A stretch of 64,000 nt of DNA, from NCBI GenBank assembly GCA_965113315.1, contig OZ220368.1; one strand, 5' to 3'. Under the pieces are notes generated by a model, which made no database searches, had not been told where the DNA came from, and worked only from the letters and a program-made list of their open reading frames with translations. This stretch comes from Podarcis vaucheri. Lineage: Eukaryota. Positions 25,084 through 38,125 of the stretch are shown here, one piece after another; positions within the stretch are counted from its first letter, which is position 1; every line of letters starts with the position of its first letter. A program made the translations under genes and the position numbers.

Positions 25084-25352
25084 CAGTGGTGCCTCGCAAG
25101 ACGAAATTAATCCGTTCCGCGAGTCTCTTCGTCTTGCAGTTTTTTCGTCTTGCGAAGCACGGCTATTAGCGGCTTAGCGGCTATTAACGACTTAGCGGCT
25201 TTAAGAAAAAGGAAACAAACTCACAAGACGTTTCGTCTTGCGAAGCAAGCCCATAGGGAAATTCGTCTTGCGGAACTGCTCAAAAAACGGAAAACTCTTT
25301 CGTCTTGCGCACTTTTCGTCTAGCGAGGCATTCGTCTTGCGAGGTACCACTG
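25084..25352. mobile_element. Tigger/pogo-like MITE
   Basis: TIRs cagtggtgcctcgcaagacgaa / ttcgtcttgcgaggtaccactg with TA TSDs. The motif ttcgtcttgc repeats many times internally. Confidence 0.88.
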
Positions 25353-25379
25353 TATTTTCCTGTAAGCAAACCCTATTGA

Positions 25380-25850
25380 GGGGTGTATGGGGTGTTAGGG
25401 GAGGAGTAGTATCTCTGGTGGGGGACTCATCGTGGTCCCTCGGGGTACTTGGTCCACCTTTGGTCCCCACCCAGCACTCAAGCTCTCACCTGTGGCTCCT
25501 AGAAGCTGTCAAAATGTGACAGCAGTCACACCCTGAGAATTGCTTCAACTGGCTTGCTAAACCAGGTGAGGGTTGCAGATGGATCTCAAACCCCTGCATG
25601 CGAAGACAGGCTCTGGCAGACGAGACCAGTAGTGGGTCCAGTTGTCAAGAAGGTGGTTACTGCATGTGCTATAGAGTAAATGAGGGGCAGATGGGGCTCA
25701 TGAACCTGGGAAGGTAGCATATTTGGGAGAAGGAAAACTCTTACGCTAAACCTCCACTGTCATTCAGGAGAAAGGCTTTGGGAGTAAATCCCAAGGAATA
25801 ATTCGTACCTGCTGCTTTGCAGGACATCTTGAAGAGGAACAAAAGGCTAA
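25380..25850 (+). mobile_element. Possible RTE-type LINE 5'UTR-derived repeat
   Basis: Compositionally distinct block resembling my recollection of squamate RTE 5' regions. No ORF or TSD confirmed. Confidence 0.3.
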
Positions 25851-25859
25851 GGAGGAGTA

Positions 25860-26228
25860 GTAGTAGTAGTAGTAATAATAAATAATAATTTATTATTTAT
25901 ACCCCACCCATCTGGCTGGGTTTCCCCAGCCACTCTGGGTGGCTTCCAACAGAACACTAAAATACAATAACCTATTAAACATTAAAAGCTTCCCTAAACA
26001 GGGCTGCCTTCAGATGTCTTCTAAAAGTTTGGTAGTTATTTTTCTCTTTGACATCTGGTGGGAGGGCGTTCCACAGGGTGGGTGCCACTACCGAGAAGGC
26101 CCTCTGCCTGGTCCCCTGTAACTTGACTTCTTGTAGTGAGGGAACTGCCAGAAGGCCCTCAGCGCTAGACCTCAGTGTCCAGGCAGAACGATGGAGGTGG
26201 AGACGCTCCTTCAGGTATACTGGACTGA
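25860..26228 (-). mobile_element. L2 LINE 3' fragment, same family as 4311-4680
   Basis: ORF 25975-26241(-) is nearly identical in protein to ORF 4298-4573(+), with the same 3' end. Confidence 0.85.
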
Positions 26229-29200
26229 GTAAACCTTGCATAAATCCAGAGTGGAGTTAGTTGGATGGTATCTTGTACTCCTCCTTCCAAGAACCAAGCT
26301 GGTGCAAAATATATTGCTCTGCTTTCCTTTGGACCACATCAGTCAGGCTGAGGGTGTGTGTGGGTGTGGGTGTTGTTTTCTGGGCAGCCCAGGACCTCCA
26401 TACACACTTCCCAGGCTTGCGCTCTAAAGAGATCTCTTTGCTAATGCAATAGATTACCCAGCATCAGATGAAGTGTGCCTCTGAATGCCTGTTGCTGTGA
26501 AGCACAACCAGGAGAGGGCTATTGCACTCCTGTACTGCTGGTGGGGATAGGGATCTGGGAGCTGAGTGCTGGATTAGATGGGTCTTTTGTCTGATCCAGC
26601 AGGACTCTTCTTACATTCTCTGTATTTTTAATTCCAATACTTAACACCCAATTTCCAAAACTAACCCAGGTTACAACCAGGTATGTTCTCTGTGATGTTA
26701 GTTGCTCCATTGCCTGACCTTAAGTGAAGTAGTCACATAGGAAATGTTATCTTGATTTTTGACCCGTGGATCATCTCCTTGCCTTGAGATCACTGCAAAT
26801 TTTTATTTACTTCTTTCTTGTGTAAACAAAGCTCAGTCAGGAGTTAAAGATCTGATTGTATAATAAGTCCACTCTTTGGCTGTGTTCTTAAAGACTTCTG
26901 TTTCTTCACATTTTCATGGCATGTAAATGAGGTCTCAACCCTTGTAAATCACAGCCTGCAGAAGAGCTTCACAGAATTACTAAATCTACTTAAGCAATTT
27001 CCCATTTTTAGTTTCATTGTTCCAGGCATTTTGTGTGTGAAAGAGAATACCACCTTTGCACCCTGGTCTTTTTACTGTAATATATTCTGCATGGTTGTAA
27101 TGCCCTCCCTACAACCTTGGAACATTTCTTTATCTGGGGGCGGGGGGGGGAGAGAGACCGAATATCCAATGGCTGGACACATATAGTTCATCTTCAGCTA
27201 AGCATAGTTTGACCTCCAAGAGACCTTGACGTTTTGTAAACTGCAAAATGAGCATGTATTCCGATGAGCAAGAGGGCAACAGCAAAACTGACATCTGAGA
27301 TTGTAATATCTTAAAAGAGTGGGGCCAAAATGTGGCTTTTAGATCTCTTCTCATTACACAATTTAAGTGTATGTTCTCTCTCGCCAAACCAAGTTAAATC
27401 AAGTGGCGTGAAATGAAAATCTATTCAGTGCCAAACAGCAGGTTGAGCCTAATGTCTTTACTTTTAGTACATAGCCTCTTTCCATTATGGTGGAGAAAGA
27501 ACCTGAAACTTTCTAAGTAAGTTTGGATCCACTGGGGCTATGGATTTGGGAGTTGGGCACAGCATCTATTTAATGCATCTCATGCTAGGTGACCTGGATG
27601 TTCCATCATATACAGATGCTCACTCTTCCAACATGTAATGGAACGTCTAGTGATTACAATGTTTCTTTGTGTTCTGATGGTCTTGGGAATTTATTCCCTG
27701 GAAGAGTCCAGTGTAGCCCCTCCAAATGGGTGATGGTTTTCCAGCTCACTTCTCAGAGACATCATCCAAGGGACTTAACCAATAAAAAGATATTCCCATG
27801 AGCATAAATATAAGAGACCATTACTTTTCTCTACTATAGTCACAAGAAAGCTTTCTCTCTCTCAGCCCCAATAATGTGACCTTAGGGAAATTGTAATAGC
27901 TGTGGTTCATAGTTGCATGTGCCTGAGTTTGGGAACTTAGGAAACTTGTTCTGCCCTACAGTAGTGAAAATAGCAAATTTCTTTAAAATGTCATTTTGCA
28001 TTTTTTTTCAGGTAATTTGAACGGTCTTTAATTACCTGTTTATTCTCCAATAAATTTTCAGGCAATATATATATATAAAACACTAGCTTTTGAAAATATT
28101 TATTTAGAGTTGAATTTAATTTTAAGGAGTAATTAAGGAGCAGAGATGCCCAGAGGTTTTTTCAGTTGTGTGTGTGCATACATACACATCTATATGATCA
28201 ATCCAATCACATTCTGTCGTTCTATTTCCTCCACCTTTAGCTACTTTTAAAAATGTCTTTTATCTGTGTTCAGCAGCAGGACTAGCACTAGGATTTAATA
28301 GTAAGTTCTAAAACAGACCAATAGCTTCCTATCTATGAGTAAACCCAGCAAATAGGCCAGACAAAAGATGGCAATAGGTGATGGGGCCTTGACTGAAGAG
28401 ATAGGATCATTGCAGATTTAGATTTCATTTTTGTGAAACATTTCCATTTCTCTAGCGGATTAGACAGTCCCCTATGGGGAAAAAGAACTGAATTAACTAT
28501 TTTTCTACCTGTGGGCCTGCTGTAATCTCAAAATGATGGTATCTGCGGATTGAGATATGAAAGTAAATTTGTCTCAATACCCTCTGTGCAGCTCTCTGAC
28601 CTGAAACACCCACAAAGATGCAGACACTATGCTTCTTGCTATAATCCAGTGATACCACCACCGGGAGATGTTGCTTAAACAGCATTTCAAATATTCAGTA
28701 GCAGATAAGTCTACGTACTGTTCACCCATATGAACTCCTGCTATGAAAGTTTGTTAGAACTGTTCCATGATCCTTCATTTCCAACTATAAGAGACCCAAC
28801 TGAAGTAACCTCTACTGTTGCATGGCAATGTGTTCCCGCATGCGTACTCTATAGCAAGCCATTGTAAAGCCATTTTCAACAATATTAGATTCACACAATA
28901 TTAGCAATAAAAACCACTATAGCAGCGTCCTTAATTGTGCTCAACGGCCTGATAGTCTGGGTAAATTTGTTGGGGAGGTAGATAGCAGAGCTACTTGGGA
29001 AAGGCACTTTGTATTCATGGCACCGCCACTTAAAAGGCTGTCTCTGAGACCTCATGATATATACCACCCTTTATAGGATGGGACCTGGAGCAAGTCTTCC
29101 CCAGGTGAATTCAACTGCTAGGAGGGATGTTTGGGACAAGGTGTTTGCTAAGGTATGCTCTAGTATCACCATGTATGAGGGTAATCATTGAGGGCTCATA

Positions 29201-29235
29201 TTCTCAGTATTCTCATGACCTTTAGAACACCATAG

Positions 29236-29418
29236 CAGGGGTGCCCAAACTTTTTTCAAAGAGGGCCAGATTTGATGAAGTCAACGTGTGTGTTGAGCTT
29301 TTTTTAAAGACTGAGCTTGTTGAGATTTTTGACCCCAATAAATAAACTGCCACAGCGGCCAGATAAAACTGGCCAGGGGGCTGAATTAGGCCCACAAAAT
29401 AGACTTTGGACATGCCTG
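29236..29418. mobile_element. hAT/Charlie-like MITE
   Basis: Ends caggggtgcccaaac / ctttggacatgcctg. Confidence 0.6.
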
Positions 29419-30999
29419 CTACCATACGCCTGGGAGCAAAAGACTTGAGATTCATTTCACATGCTCCTTTGACATAGTAAAAGTATCATGCCTCCATGAT
29501 AGCATACCAAATTTGCATGGTGAATATGTTTGAATGCAGCCTCGCCGGTGAGAGCAGATATTAACCACATCACTTCAGATGTTCCAAATTTTCACCATGG
29601 GGTATGCCCCCAATTCGGGTGCAAAATATTTTGCTGCTGGAAATAACACCCAAAATGGCACACACACACACACACACACACACACGCTTCCAGGCTGCTG
29701 GAGCAAATATTACATAAAACCTTGCTACCCCATTCTTGCATTAGTTTGTGCCCAGGGAGTTACTTGAAGCTATTTCCTTCACTCTACTACATGGCAGGGC
29801 TGCCCCCATGGGGGGGGGGGGCATTTGTTTGGAGACTGTAGCATGCAACATTTTTACTTAGAGGGGGGAAATCAGCTTCCCGGTTGATATTTCAAGCTCA
29901 TGGCACCCTACCTCTCAGCTGCCATGATTATGAGACTTGCTTCTGGGAAGCTGTAGCTATCTCCATGGAAACCACACTTTACACTTTCCATGGGAATGCC
30001 ACCTGATGACATTCACAGAAGACCTTGAATGTCTGAACCAGCAAGATATGTCAGTACTGTGGGTTACTAAGATTTTTTTTTCTTGCTAAAAATTAGGAAG
30101 TTTCCCTTTCTTTCCAAGCTATTTATTTGGCCTCACAAAGAAAAAGAAATCTCTTTTAACCTTGAATAAGAAGGCTAAAATGGTTTCCCCTCCCTCTCTT
30201 TGTGAGGTCAAAGTTTGCACCATTCAGCATGCCCACTTAGTGTCTGTCCATTGTGGTACCCCTTAAATTGGTATATATTCTTGATTTTCTTTTACCACAA
30301 CAGCTGATGCACAACTTTAAAAGCTGCCATTGGTTCCTTCTTTCTTTATTTTTTGTAGCAACTAATATAAATAATACTAATTTCCACAGTAGCTATCATT
30401 AATATGAGCTCAGTTTCATAATGATAAAATGGTTTCAGGGTGGGGTTGTTCCCAGATTTGACATATGGTGGGGCAGAGTGATATGAGCTGGGTTAATGAT
30501 TAAGGTGTCCAGCCATGGTTACCTTCTGAAAAAGCCTTTTTTCCATTTACCTTCAATAGTTTTCGAGATTTCCCCCGCAACTGATATTAATCTTGCTAGT
30601 CTATAGTTTCCTGCTTTGTCTGTTGACCCTTTGTTCTTTGCCTGCCCTGGCACAGTTCAGCTGAATTGATTTTTATTTTTATTTGGTTTCAGTTCCTTTC
30701 TTTCTAAATTGCCCTCCACTTGCTTCCTGCTCTCCCTGGATATCTCCACACAGTGCTGTGAGAAGTGGCATTCATGTGTGACTGTGACCCAGCCACTGGA
30801 AACGGTTCCTTGTTGGGAGGCCATAGCTGTGTAATGTCTCCATTTATAAACTGGTAAAGAACTCTTGTAACAGCAGAGATGAAAATAGCCTTACAGACAG
30901 GCAGCCTTGAGTTGCTGTCTGGCACAAATGGTGTATATATCAGGCATGGAGTTATGCTTTGCTTGAGTGTTCCTAGTCTTTTATATTTCCTTACATCAT

Positions 31000-31220
31000 C
31001 ATCATTATCATCATCATTTTATTATTTATATGCTGCCCATCTGACTGGGTTGCCCCAGCCACCCTGGGCAGATTCCAAGAAAATACTAAAAGCACAAAAA
31101 ACCTCAAACATTAAAAACATCCCTAGCCTTCAGATACCTTCTCAAAGTTAGATAGTTGTTTATTTCCTTGACACCTGATGGGAGGGCATTACACAAGGCA
31201 GGCGTCAATACCGAGAAGGC
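31000..31220 (-). mobile_element. L2 3' fragment (more diverged)
   Basis: gcccatctgactgggttgccccagccaccctgggc...ccgagaaggc is similar to 25900-26100. Confidence 0.7.
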
Positions 31221-31262
31221 TAGATCTGATTTCTCATTCATCATTGTGTTCCTACTTTCTTT

Positions 31263-31351
31263 CTTCTTTGCCCTCGCTCAGTTTTTAGCCTTCTCCGATC
31301 CTTTTTAGCCTTCTTTGCCCTCGCTCAGTTTTTAGCCTTCTCCGATCCTTT
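31263..31351. repeat. Tandem duplication, period 47 bp
   Basis: cttctttgccctcgctcagtttttagccttctccgatccttt occurs at 31263 and 31310. Confidence 0.9.
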
Positions 31352-34300
31352 CTAAGACCAAACCAAACCTAATACTAAACGTGTAACTTGCTGGTGCATG
31401 TTTTGTTTTTCAGTTGTCAGTAGCAGCCATAGGGTTTTATCAAAGTTGCAGCATTTGATCTTTTCTTGTTTTACTGCTGTATTAACTGTTTTGATTAATT
31501 GTATGGAATATACACCACTTTGTGATGTGATTGCCCCCTAAATGATACAGAAGCCTTTTGTATAAAGAAAAAGAGGTGAGAGTCAGGTGTAACCTGAGGT
31601 TCAGTTGAAATTATCCTTGTGGTTACTTTAATAACACATATTTGTGCAATAGCACTGAAATGAAAGCACTTTAATGGAAATTTTAAAATTTGATTTAAAA
31701 TAGGCATTCTACTAAATCTATTTATTTTATTTTTTATTTATTAGATATATATACCACCCTTCCTCAAAAGATTTCAGGGTGGTTCACAAGAAAAAAATAC
31801 AATATAAAACCACAAATAAGTAATCAAACCCAAAACACCGAAACAATAGCCCCCCCCAACATATTTTAAAAAGCTGTAGAATATTAATCACCCAAATGAA
31901 GAGGAACATTTTTGCCTGGTGCCTAATGATATATAACAAAGGTGTCAGATGAACCACCCTGGGGAGAGCATTCCAAAAAACACTAAATGGTGTGGTATAG
32001 TGCATCACAACTCACTCACCCACATGACTCACTATGTGAGTGGAACACAGCAGGCTGCATACACACAAAAAGAGCTGCACCCAAAAGTGTGGGAAGCCTG
32101 GTACAATTCTGCCTGTTGCTTACAATGGAAGACAAATGGCTGGATAGTACTAAAACAATCTGGACCCACCTCTGGCCTACTGAACTGAGAAAGCAGCAGC
32201 TGCTCAACATGCAAGATGCAACAGAAACGTAAGCTTGATTATTATTTTTTAACTTAAAATGTTTTTTAGATCACCTTTCAGGTGACGCTTCCAAGGTAGC
32301 TAATGATCACTGCAACAGTTAAAAATAAAAAATAAAATTCACACACAATTAAACTATAGCTAACAAGCACATATAAAAGCATTAATAAAGCAAGATAGAA
32401 AGAAATGAATGTATTAATTAAAACCCCATGAGAATAAAATCACCTTGAGCAGGTGCTGGAAAGTTAATAAAGTCAGCACCAGCTAAGTCTCACTGGAGCT
32501 ATTCTGTTACAGCCAGGCCTGGGAGTCAAATCAAATCAAATCAAATCCCTTTATTGGCATCACAGTATAAAACATTTCAAGTCACTGGGATAATTAAAAC
32601 AACAAGGGTGAAGCTGTCGAGGGTCATAAGGTCTTTCTTGCCCCTGTCCACTTTTAGCATCCACGTACTGGATTGACTTCTCAAGACATAAGCATAAGGA
32701 AACATCTGTTGCTATATATTGTGTGAGACAAGTCCATTTTGTAAAGCAAACAAACAAAACCTCTATTTTCTCCATCAGCTATTATCATGAGCTTTACAGT
32801 CCCTGACATACCACTGCTTCTACAGTGAAATATATATATTTGCTATATAAAGCTTGTAGCATAACATTTGTGCTCCGTTGCAGCCATCAGAAATGGGCAA
32901 CCAAGTCTTCATTCTATGAAACTCAGTCGGGCCATGTAAATATTAGAACAAACTCAACCTTGCTGATAAGGGGCATAGCTGATAGGCAGCAGTACTTTAT
33001 TCTAATGCACATCTTAGACTGGGGCGGAGGGTGGCTGGAAACCTTTCCTATGTAGGAGTTCAGTTGATATGGCAACCAGCAAACTCTCTCAGCAGCAGAG
33101 TAACCTCCGTGTGTGACTTTCATCTCAAATTCAGAGATTTCTGAATCTGAAGAGATTTCTGATGCATGCAGGATTCTGTGGACATAGGATTCCCCAGGAG
33201 GTTTAGCCTTTCATCATATAAATCACTTCTTTTCTTCTTCTCTTGTCTGAAATACTCATGATCCATCCTGAAGAAATGTGGGTTCTTCCACTCTCATTGA
33301 TTGCAAGATATTCATTATCAGACTTTGTCAGGCAATTTCAGCATTTTCTGCTCACTGTGCTCTGGAGGTTTTTTTCAGGAGCCAAACTCACTCACCCCCA
33401 GAACGTCCAGAGGTTCATATTTCTCCAAGAATCAGCAGGATTTCTGGAAGCAGCATTTTGCAAGGCACAAACCTAGATATTTAATTAATGTTCTTGCCAT
33501 ACTGTAATTTTTAGCTTACCAAAGATGTGCTCTCTTTTTCTATGCTGGAGAAAGAGGGAAGATTTGTAACTCACTTTAAAGGGCACATTGTAAGGCTTTG
33601 CAGCCTATATTTCTTTGCTTTATTTCATAGCAAAAGTTGTGATTTTAAATCTCCGCTGGGGTTCTCTCACCAAAGAGTACTTGCCCCCAACTTGGATCTT
33701 GGCATCCAGGAATTCTCCTTTTATACATACCTGTTCCTTAAACCAACATTATCTTCAAAATATATAAACTGAAAATGAAATTATATTTCGTGAACTTTCC
33801 AAATAAAGTCATCCATAGGTCATATCCCCACCTACAGTGACTCAGTATGGCACATTACTTTGCAAAAGAGGCCCAGCAGTATTTTGGCAGAGATGGATGA
33901 AAAGCACTCAGAACACACTTAAAAGCTATAGGTTGTTGACATTGTTCTTTGCACAATATTTGATGTTTTTGATTCTTTACTTCTAAGGTCATTGTTGGGG
34001 AGGAAAAGGTCTCACATTGTGGGGTCAGCTATAGTGCTTACATTAATTCTGCCCATAATGTGTCAATTTAACTATTGTCTTTTCACTCAGAACTTATGTC
34101 TCACCCCTGAAATGCAGTAATCGATTTTTTCAAGGTTGTGACCCTTTCATATTAGACATCACAAAAAGCCATATTCTTATTCATTTCTACGGCGTTAACA
34201 TTTCGGCTGCATTTAACACTAGCTAATTCTCTTAAAATGAGCACCATAATCCGGCAAAAATTTACTGCTGTCTGAAGCACACCAAGTCACAAGAGGGACT

Positions 34301-34811
34301 AACTTTGAATAATAATGAACAAGCTTGCCATTCTTTTGCAGAATGTCTTCAAAATGATTCAGATAAATCCAGCATCGTTCATTAAGAAAACCTATATCAT
34401 ATGGTCCCGGCATGGTCCTCCGGGGATCCCTCTTTCGTTTGCTCTGCAGTGAGAAAAGACAAGCTACCTCACAGAAAGGGCAGCAACAGATTTCATTTGG
34501 GGGGCAAGAAATTCTCTAAGTGCCTTACTGTGTGCATTAGGAAAATTAAAGAAAACAAAAGCCAAGGAACAAAACCACCCACTTAGCTCAGGATACGCAA
34601 GTGAATTTATGAATCCCCGGGGCAATGTGAGAGCAGCTGCACTATCCCTCAGATATGTCCTCTTACTGATGGGTCTGACACAATCTTCCAAACTATAATT
34701 TACAGGCTGTTCCTGTAGCATAAATTAAACTCCTGTAGATATTTTTTATAGCTCCTAAAACATTTGGTTGCTAAGCAAGTTAAATGAGCTGCAAGGGTGA
34801 TCCATTATCAA

Positions 34812-35160
34812 GTGCTGGAGCTGTGGGTTAAACCACAGAGCCTAGGACTTGCCAATCAGAAGGTTGGCGGTTCGAATCCCTGCGACGGGGTGAGCTCCCA
34901 TTGCTCAGTCCCTGCTCCTGCCAACCTAGCAGTTCAAAAGCACATCAAAGTGCAAGTAGATAAATAGGTACCGCTCCAGCGGGAAGGAAAACCGTGTTTC
35001 TGTGCGCTGCTCTGGTTCACCAGAAGCCGCTTAGTCATGCTGGCCACATGACCCGGAAGCTGTACGCCGGCTCCCTCGGCCAATAAAGCGAGATGAGTGC
35101 CAGAACCCCAGAGTCGGCCACGACTGGACCTAATGGTCAGGGGTTCCTTTACCTTTACCT
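34812..35160 (+). mobile_element. Sauria SINE (POM-like)
   Basis: tRNA-like head with B box ggttcgaatccc, central gtagataaataggtacc, (ACCTTT)n tail. Homologous to 54920-55273. Confidence 0.88.
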
Positions 35161-36058
35161 ATGTATACAGTATTTAACTCTATTGTCTGTCCCATCCTGA
35201 GGATTTTTACTAAGGGAATATTTAGTAAGAGAATAAAAAAATACATGTTAATTTGTTTAAAATCCAGGACAAACCCCAGCCCCGACTGATTGAGACCTAG
35301 CTCCAAAAAGGCATTCTTTCAATAGTATCTTTCAAAAGAAACCAGAGACTCAGCTATACAGCTGCAAATAAAGCGTTTTAAGTGTGTTTTAAGTGCAATA
35401 CACAATGTGACGCTAGATGGCGATGGTGAGGCTTATGGAAAATTTTGTGTATTTTTTAAAACGCTTTTTAAAAAAGCATTTTCAGAATGTTTTTAATATG
35501 TGTGTAGATTCAACCCAGATGTCTTGGGAGCAGGGTGCAATAGTGGAGTAATCTAACTACAAATACCTTATGCAGATTTTGTGTGTGTGTGGACCCTTCT
35601 ATTTTGAACCTGGTACATGGATAAAGGATATTTATCCTTTAAAACATGTTAAAAGGATGATCTGAGTTCATCTTGGAGTTCATCATCTCACTGGAATTTA
35701 GGACAACGTTATATTGGGTTCAAATCATTTACAGGTCACAAACAAGATCCTTAAATTGTAATCTGAAGACAATTTGGTATTGTATGAAATGCTAGAACAT
35801 GAATGTATGACATGCTAAAACATAAGAAAAACTAGAATTAATAAGATACAGCAAAGGATGACTTTGTCTATGGTGAATATGCTTGAGTATGCCTTACCTC
35901 TAGTTCCAGAGAGCCCAGCAAATCCAATAAAACATATTTAAATATGAAATTCTAAATAAGATGTTGGCAAGTGATAAATGCCCTTAAAAAAAAAGAAAAG
36001 AAGAAGCCCAAAATGATTTTTGTTTCGGCTTACTCCATCTAGATACTGCCAGCAGCTT

Positions 36059-36130
36059 CATATCATATCATATCATATCATATCATATCATATCATATAT
36101 CCTATCATCATATCATAATCATATCATATC
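36059..36130. repeat. (ATATC)n pentanucleotide microsatellite
   Basis: Seen directly. Confidence 0.9.
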
Positions 36131-36982
36131 TCTAATATAATATTCCTGACTATCAGATGATACATATGAGGAATCTTCTGTCACAGCATCTCAGCCACAG
36201 TTTTTGCGGACGCTGTACTGTTGCTATATTTTGTTACTGGGATTGCTGCTCATAATCTTATTTCCCAAACCAGGAGCTTTTTTTACAGCTTGAGGTTTTT
36301 TCCTACTACAAGTCTACATACATCGCATCAAAATGGGGCCTGAGGCTATGATTTGATGGTTTGCAACAAAATGAGTGATAGAAGTTCAAACCACCATGTT
36401 TCTAGGAATCTTGGAAGATGACTGGTCACCCAGACAACAGAGTGAGCTGGAAGAAATGCCAGGAGACTATTTTATTTTTACCACATTACATAAAATCACA
36501 CGCACAGAGTCAAGATCTGGTGTGATTCTGCAGCAGCTCTTTTATTCTTGAGTCACTGCTTCTCGTGCTCTGTTTGCCAATCTCATTTTCAAGGTAATCC
36601 CAGTAAAATAAAAAGAAGGCTTCCAAGCAGCCAGCAGAAGTATCTTCTATTGCTTAGGACTACTCTGCATTTCAAAACCTCAAGATATAGTTGCCTCATA
36701 GTTATGCCAGTTGTGTTGATACTGTGGAGCTGTTTTCACATCTCCAGACCTGTCTCTGCGCTCCATGTGGGGGCTGCCCTGAGGTTGGCCAGGAAGTTGT
36801 GCAAAAAGCAGCAGCTCTACTACTCACTACCAGGGGCAGACTATTGCCGTATGTTATCACATTGCTGAAGGAACTGCACTGCTTGCCAATTAGCTACCGA
36901 GCCAAGTTTGTGTTGGTAAGAGTGTAAAAACCCTACACAGCTTGGCATTAGGTTATCTAAACTTTAATCTCACCATTTAAAT

Positions 36983-38125
36983 TATGGTTACTAGACGTCC
37001 CCGTTTCCCGGGGACAGTCACCGGATTTACAGATCTGTCCCTGGGCAAAATCCGCCCCTGGAATGTCCCCAGATTTCATTTAATGTCCCTGGATTTATAT
37101 TTTAAGTGTTGTAGATTTATTAGTAGGAATTGAATGTTGTGTGATTGGTTCAACGGCACAAGACACACCATATGGGGACTTCTGGCGATGCAAAATGGTG
37201 GATGCCATGCCAGCGAGCAGCTCCTAAAGCCAGCCAGAGCCAACTGCGCTACCAGGCTGGCTCCGGGCTGCTGAGACTGCCACTGCCACCGCCACTGCCA
37301 AGGAGGAACCGGGGACACCCAGTGCATCAACTGGGGAAACTGCTGAAGAAGGAGGAGGAGGAGGAGGAGTTTGGAGGATCTATCTTGGGAGAAGAACAGC
37401 TTACCCATTTGTAATCATTTCAGCCTGCACAACCCCAGAAGGGGCACGTACACACACATGGGAACAAAAGAAGAAGAAGAGGAGTTTGGATTTGATATCC
37501 CGCTTTATCACTACCCGAAGGAGTCTCAAAGCAGCTAACATTCTCCTTTCCCTTCCTCCCCCGCAACAAACACTCTGTGAGGTGAGTGGGGCTGAGAGAC
37601 TTCAAAGAATTGTGACTGGCCCAAGGTCACCCAGCAGCTGCATGTGGAGGAGCGGAGACGCGAACCCGGTTCCCCAGATTACGAGTCTACCACTTTTAAC
37701 CACTACACCACACTGGCTCTCCAGCTACTCTGCCGACTGCTCAGCAGGTTCTGGGGCCAGGAAAACCCCATAGCCAATGCAGGGAGAAGGAGAGGTGAAG
37801 GAGAAGGAAAAGAGAGAAAGAGGAAGGAGAAAAAAGAGGGGAGCCCTGACATTGCCGCACTGCTGCCGCCACTGAGGAAAAGAGGTAGGAGAGCACTGGG
37901 AGGGCAAGGACATGTGGCCAAGCCCAAGCCCAATCGGAGCCTACTCCACAGCAGCTAGCACTTCAAGAGAACAGGCTGGGGTCCAGAGGAAGGCCGCGTG
38001 ACAGAGGATACCACAGAAGAGAAGATATTACTTCTTAATTATTATTTTTTAAATTTAATAATATTTTTTCTCTCTTTTTTAAAAAAAGTTTCCCTGGATT
38101 CTTTGGAAAAAATCTGGTAACCTTA
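36983..38125. mobile_element. Non-autonomous hAT DNA transposon with an 8-bp TSD
   Basis: Degenerate TIRs tatggttactaga / tctggtaacctta. TSD atttaaat at 36975-36982 and 38126-38133. It interrupts an older L2-like sequence. Confidence 0.75.
37468..37722 (-). mobile_element. Squam3-like SINE nested in a hAT element
   Basis: Reverse complement of the 50716-50973 family, with a (CTT)n tail. Confidence 0.85.

Noticed and set aside
25120-25345. CRISPR-like spaced repeats
   Set aside because: Repeats are about 10 bp, irregularly spaced, inside a TIR/TA-bounded MITE in a vertebrate genome, with no cas genes.
25380-25600. Possible HDV-like ribozyme at an RTE-like 5' end
   Set aside because: Could not build the nested double pseudoknot by eye, and the element identity itself is uncertain.
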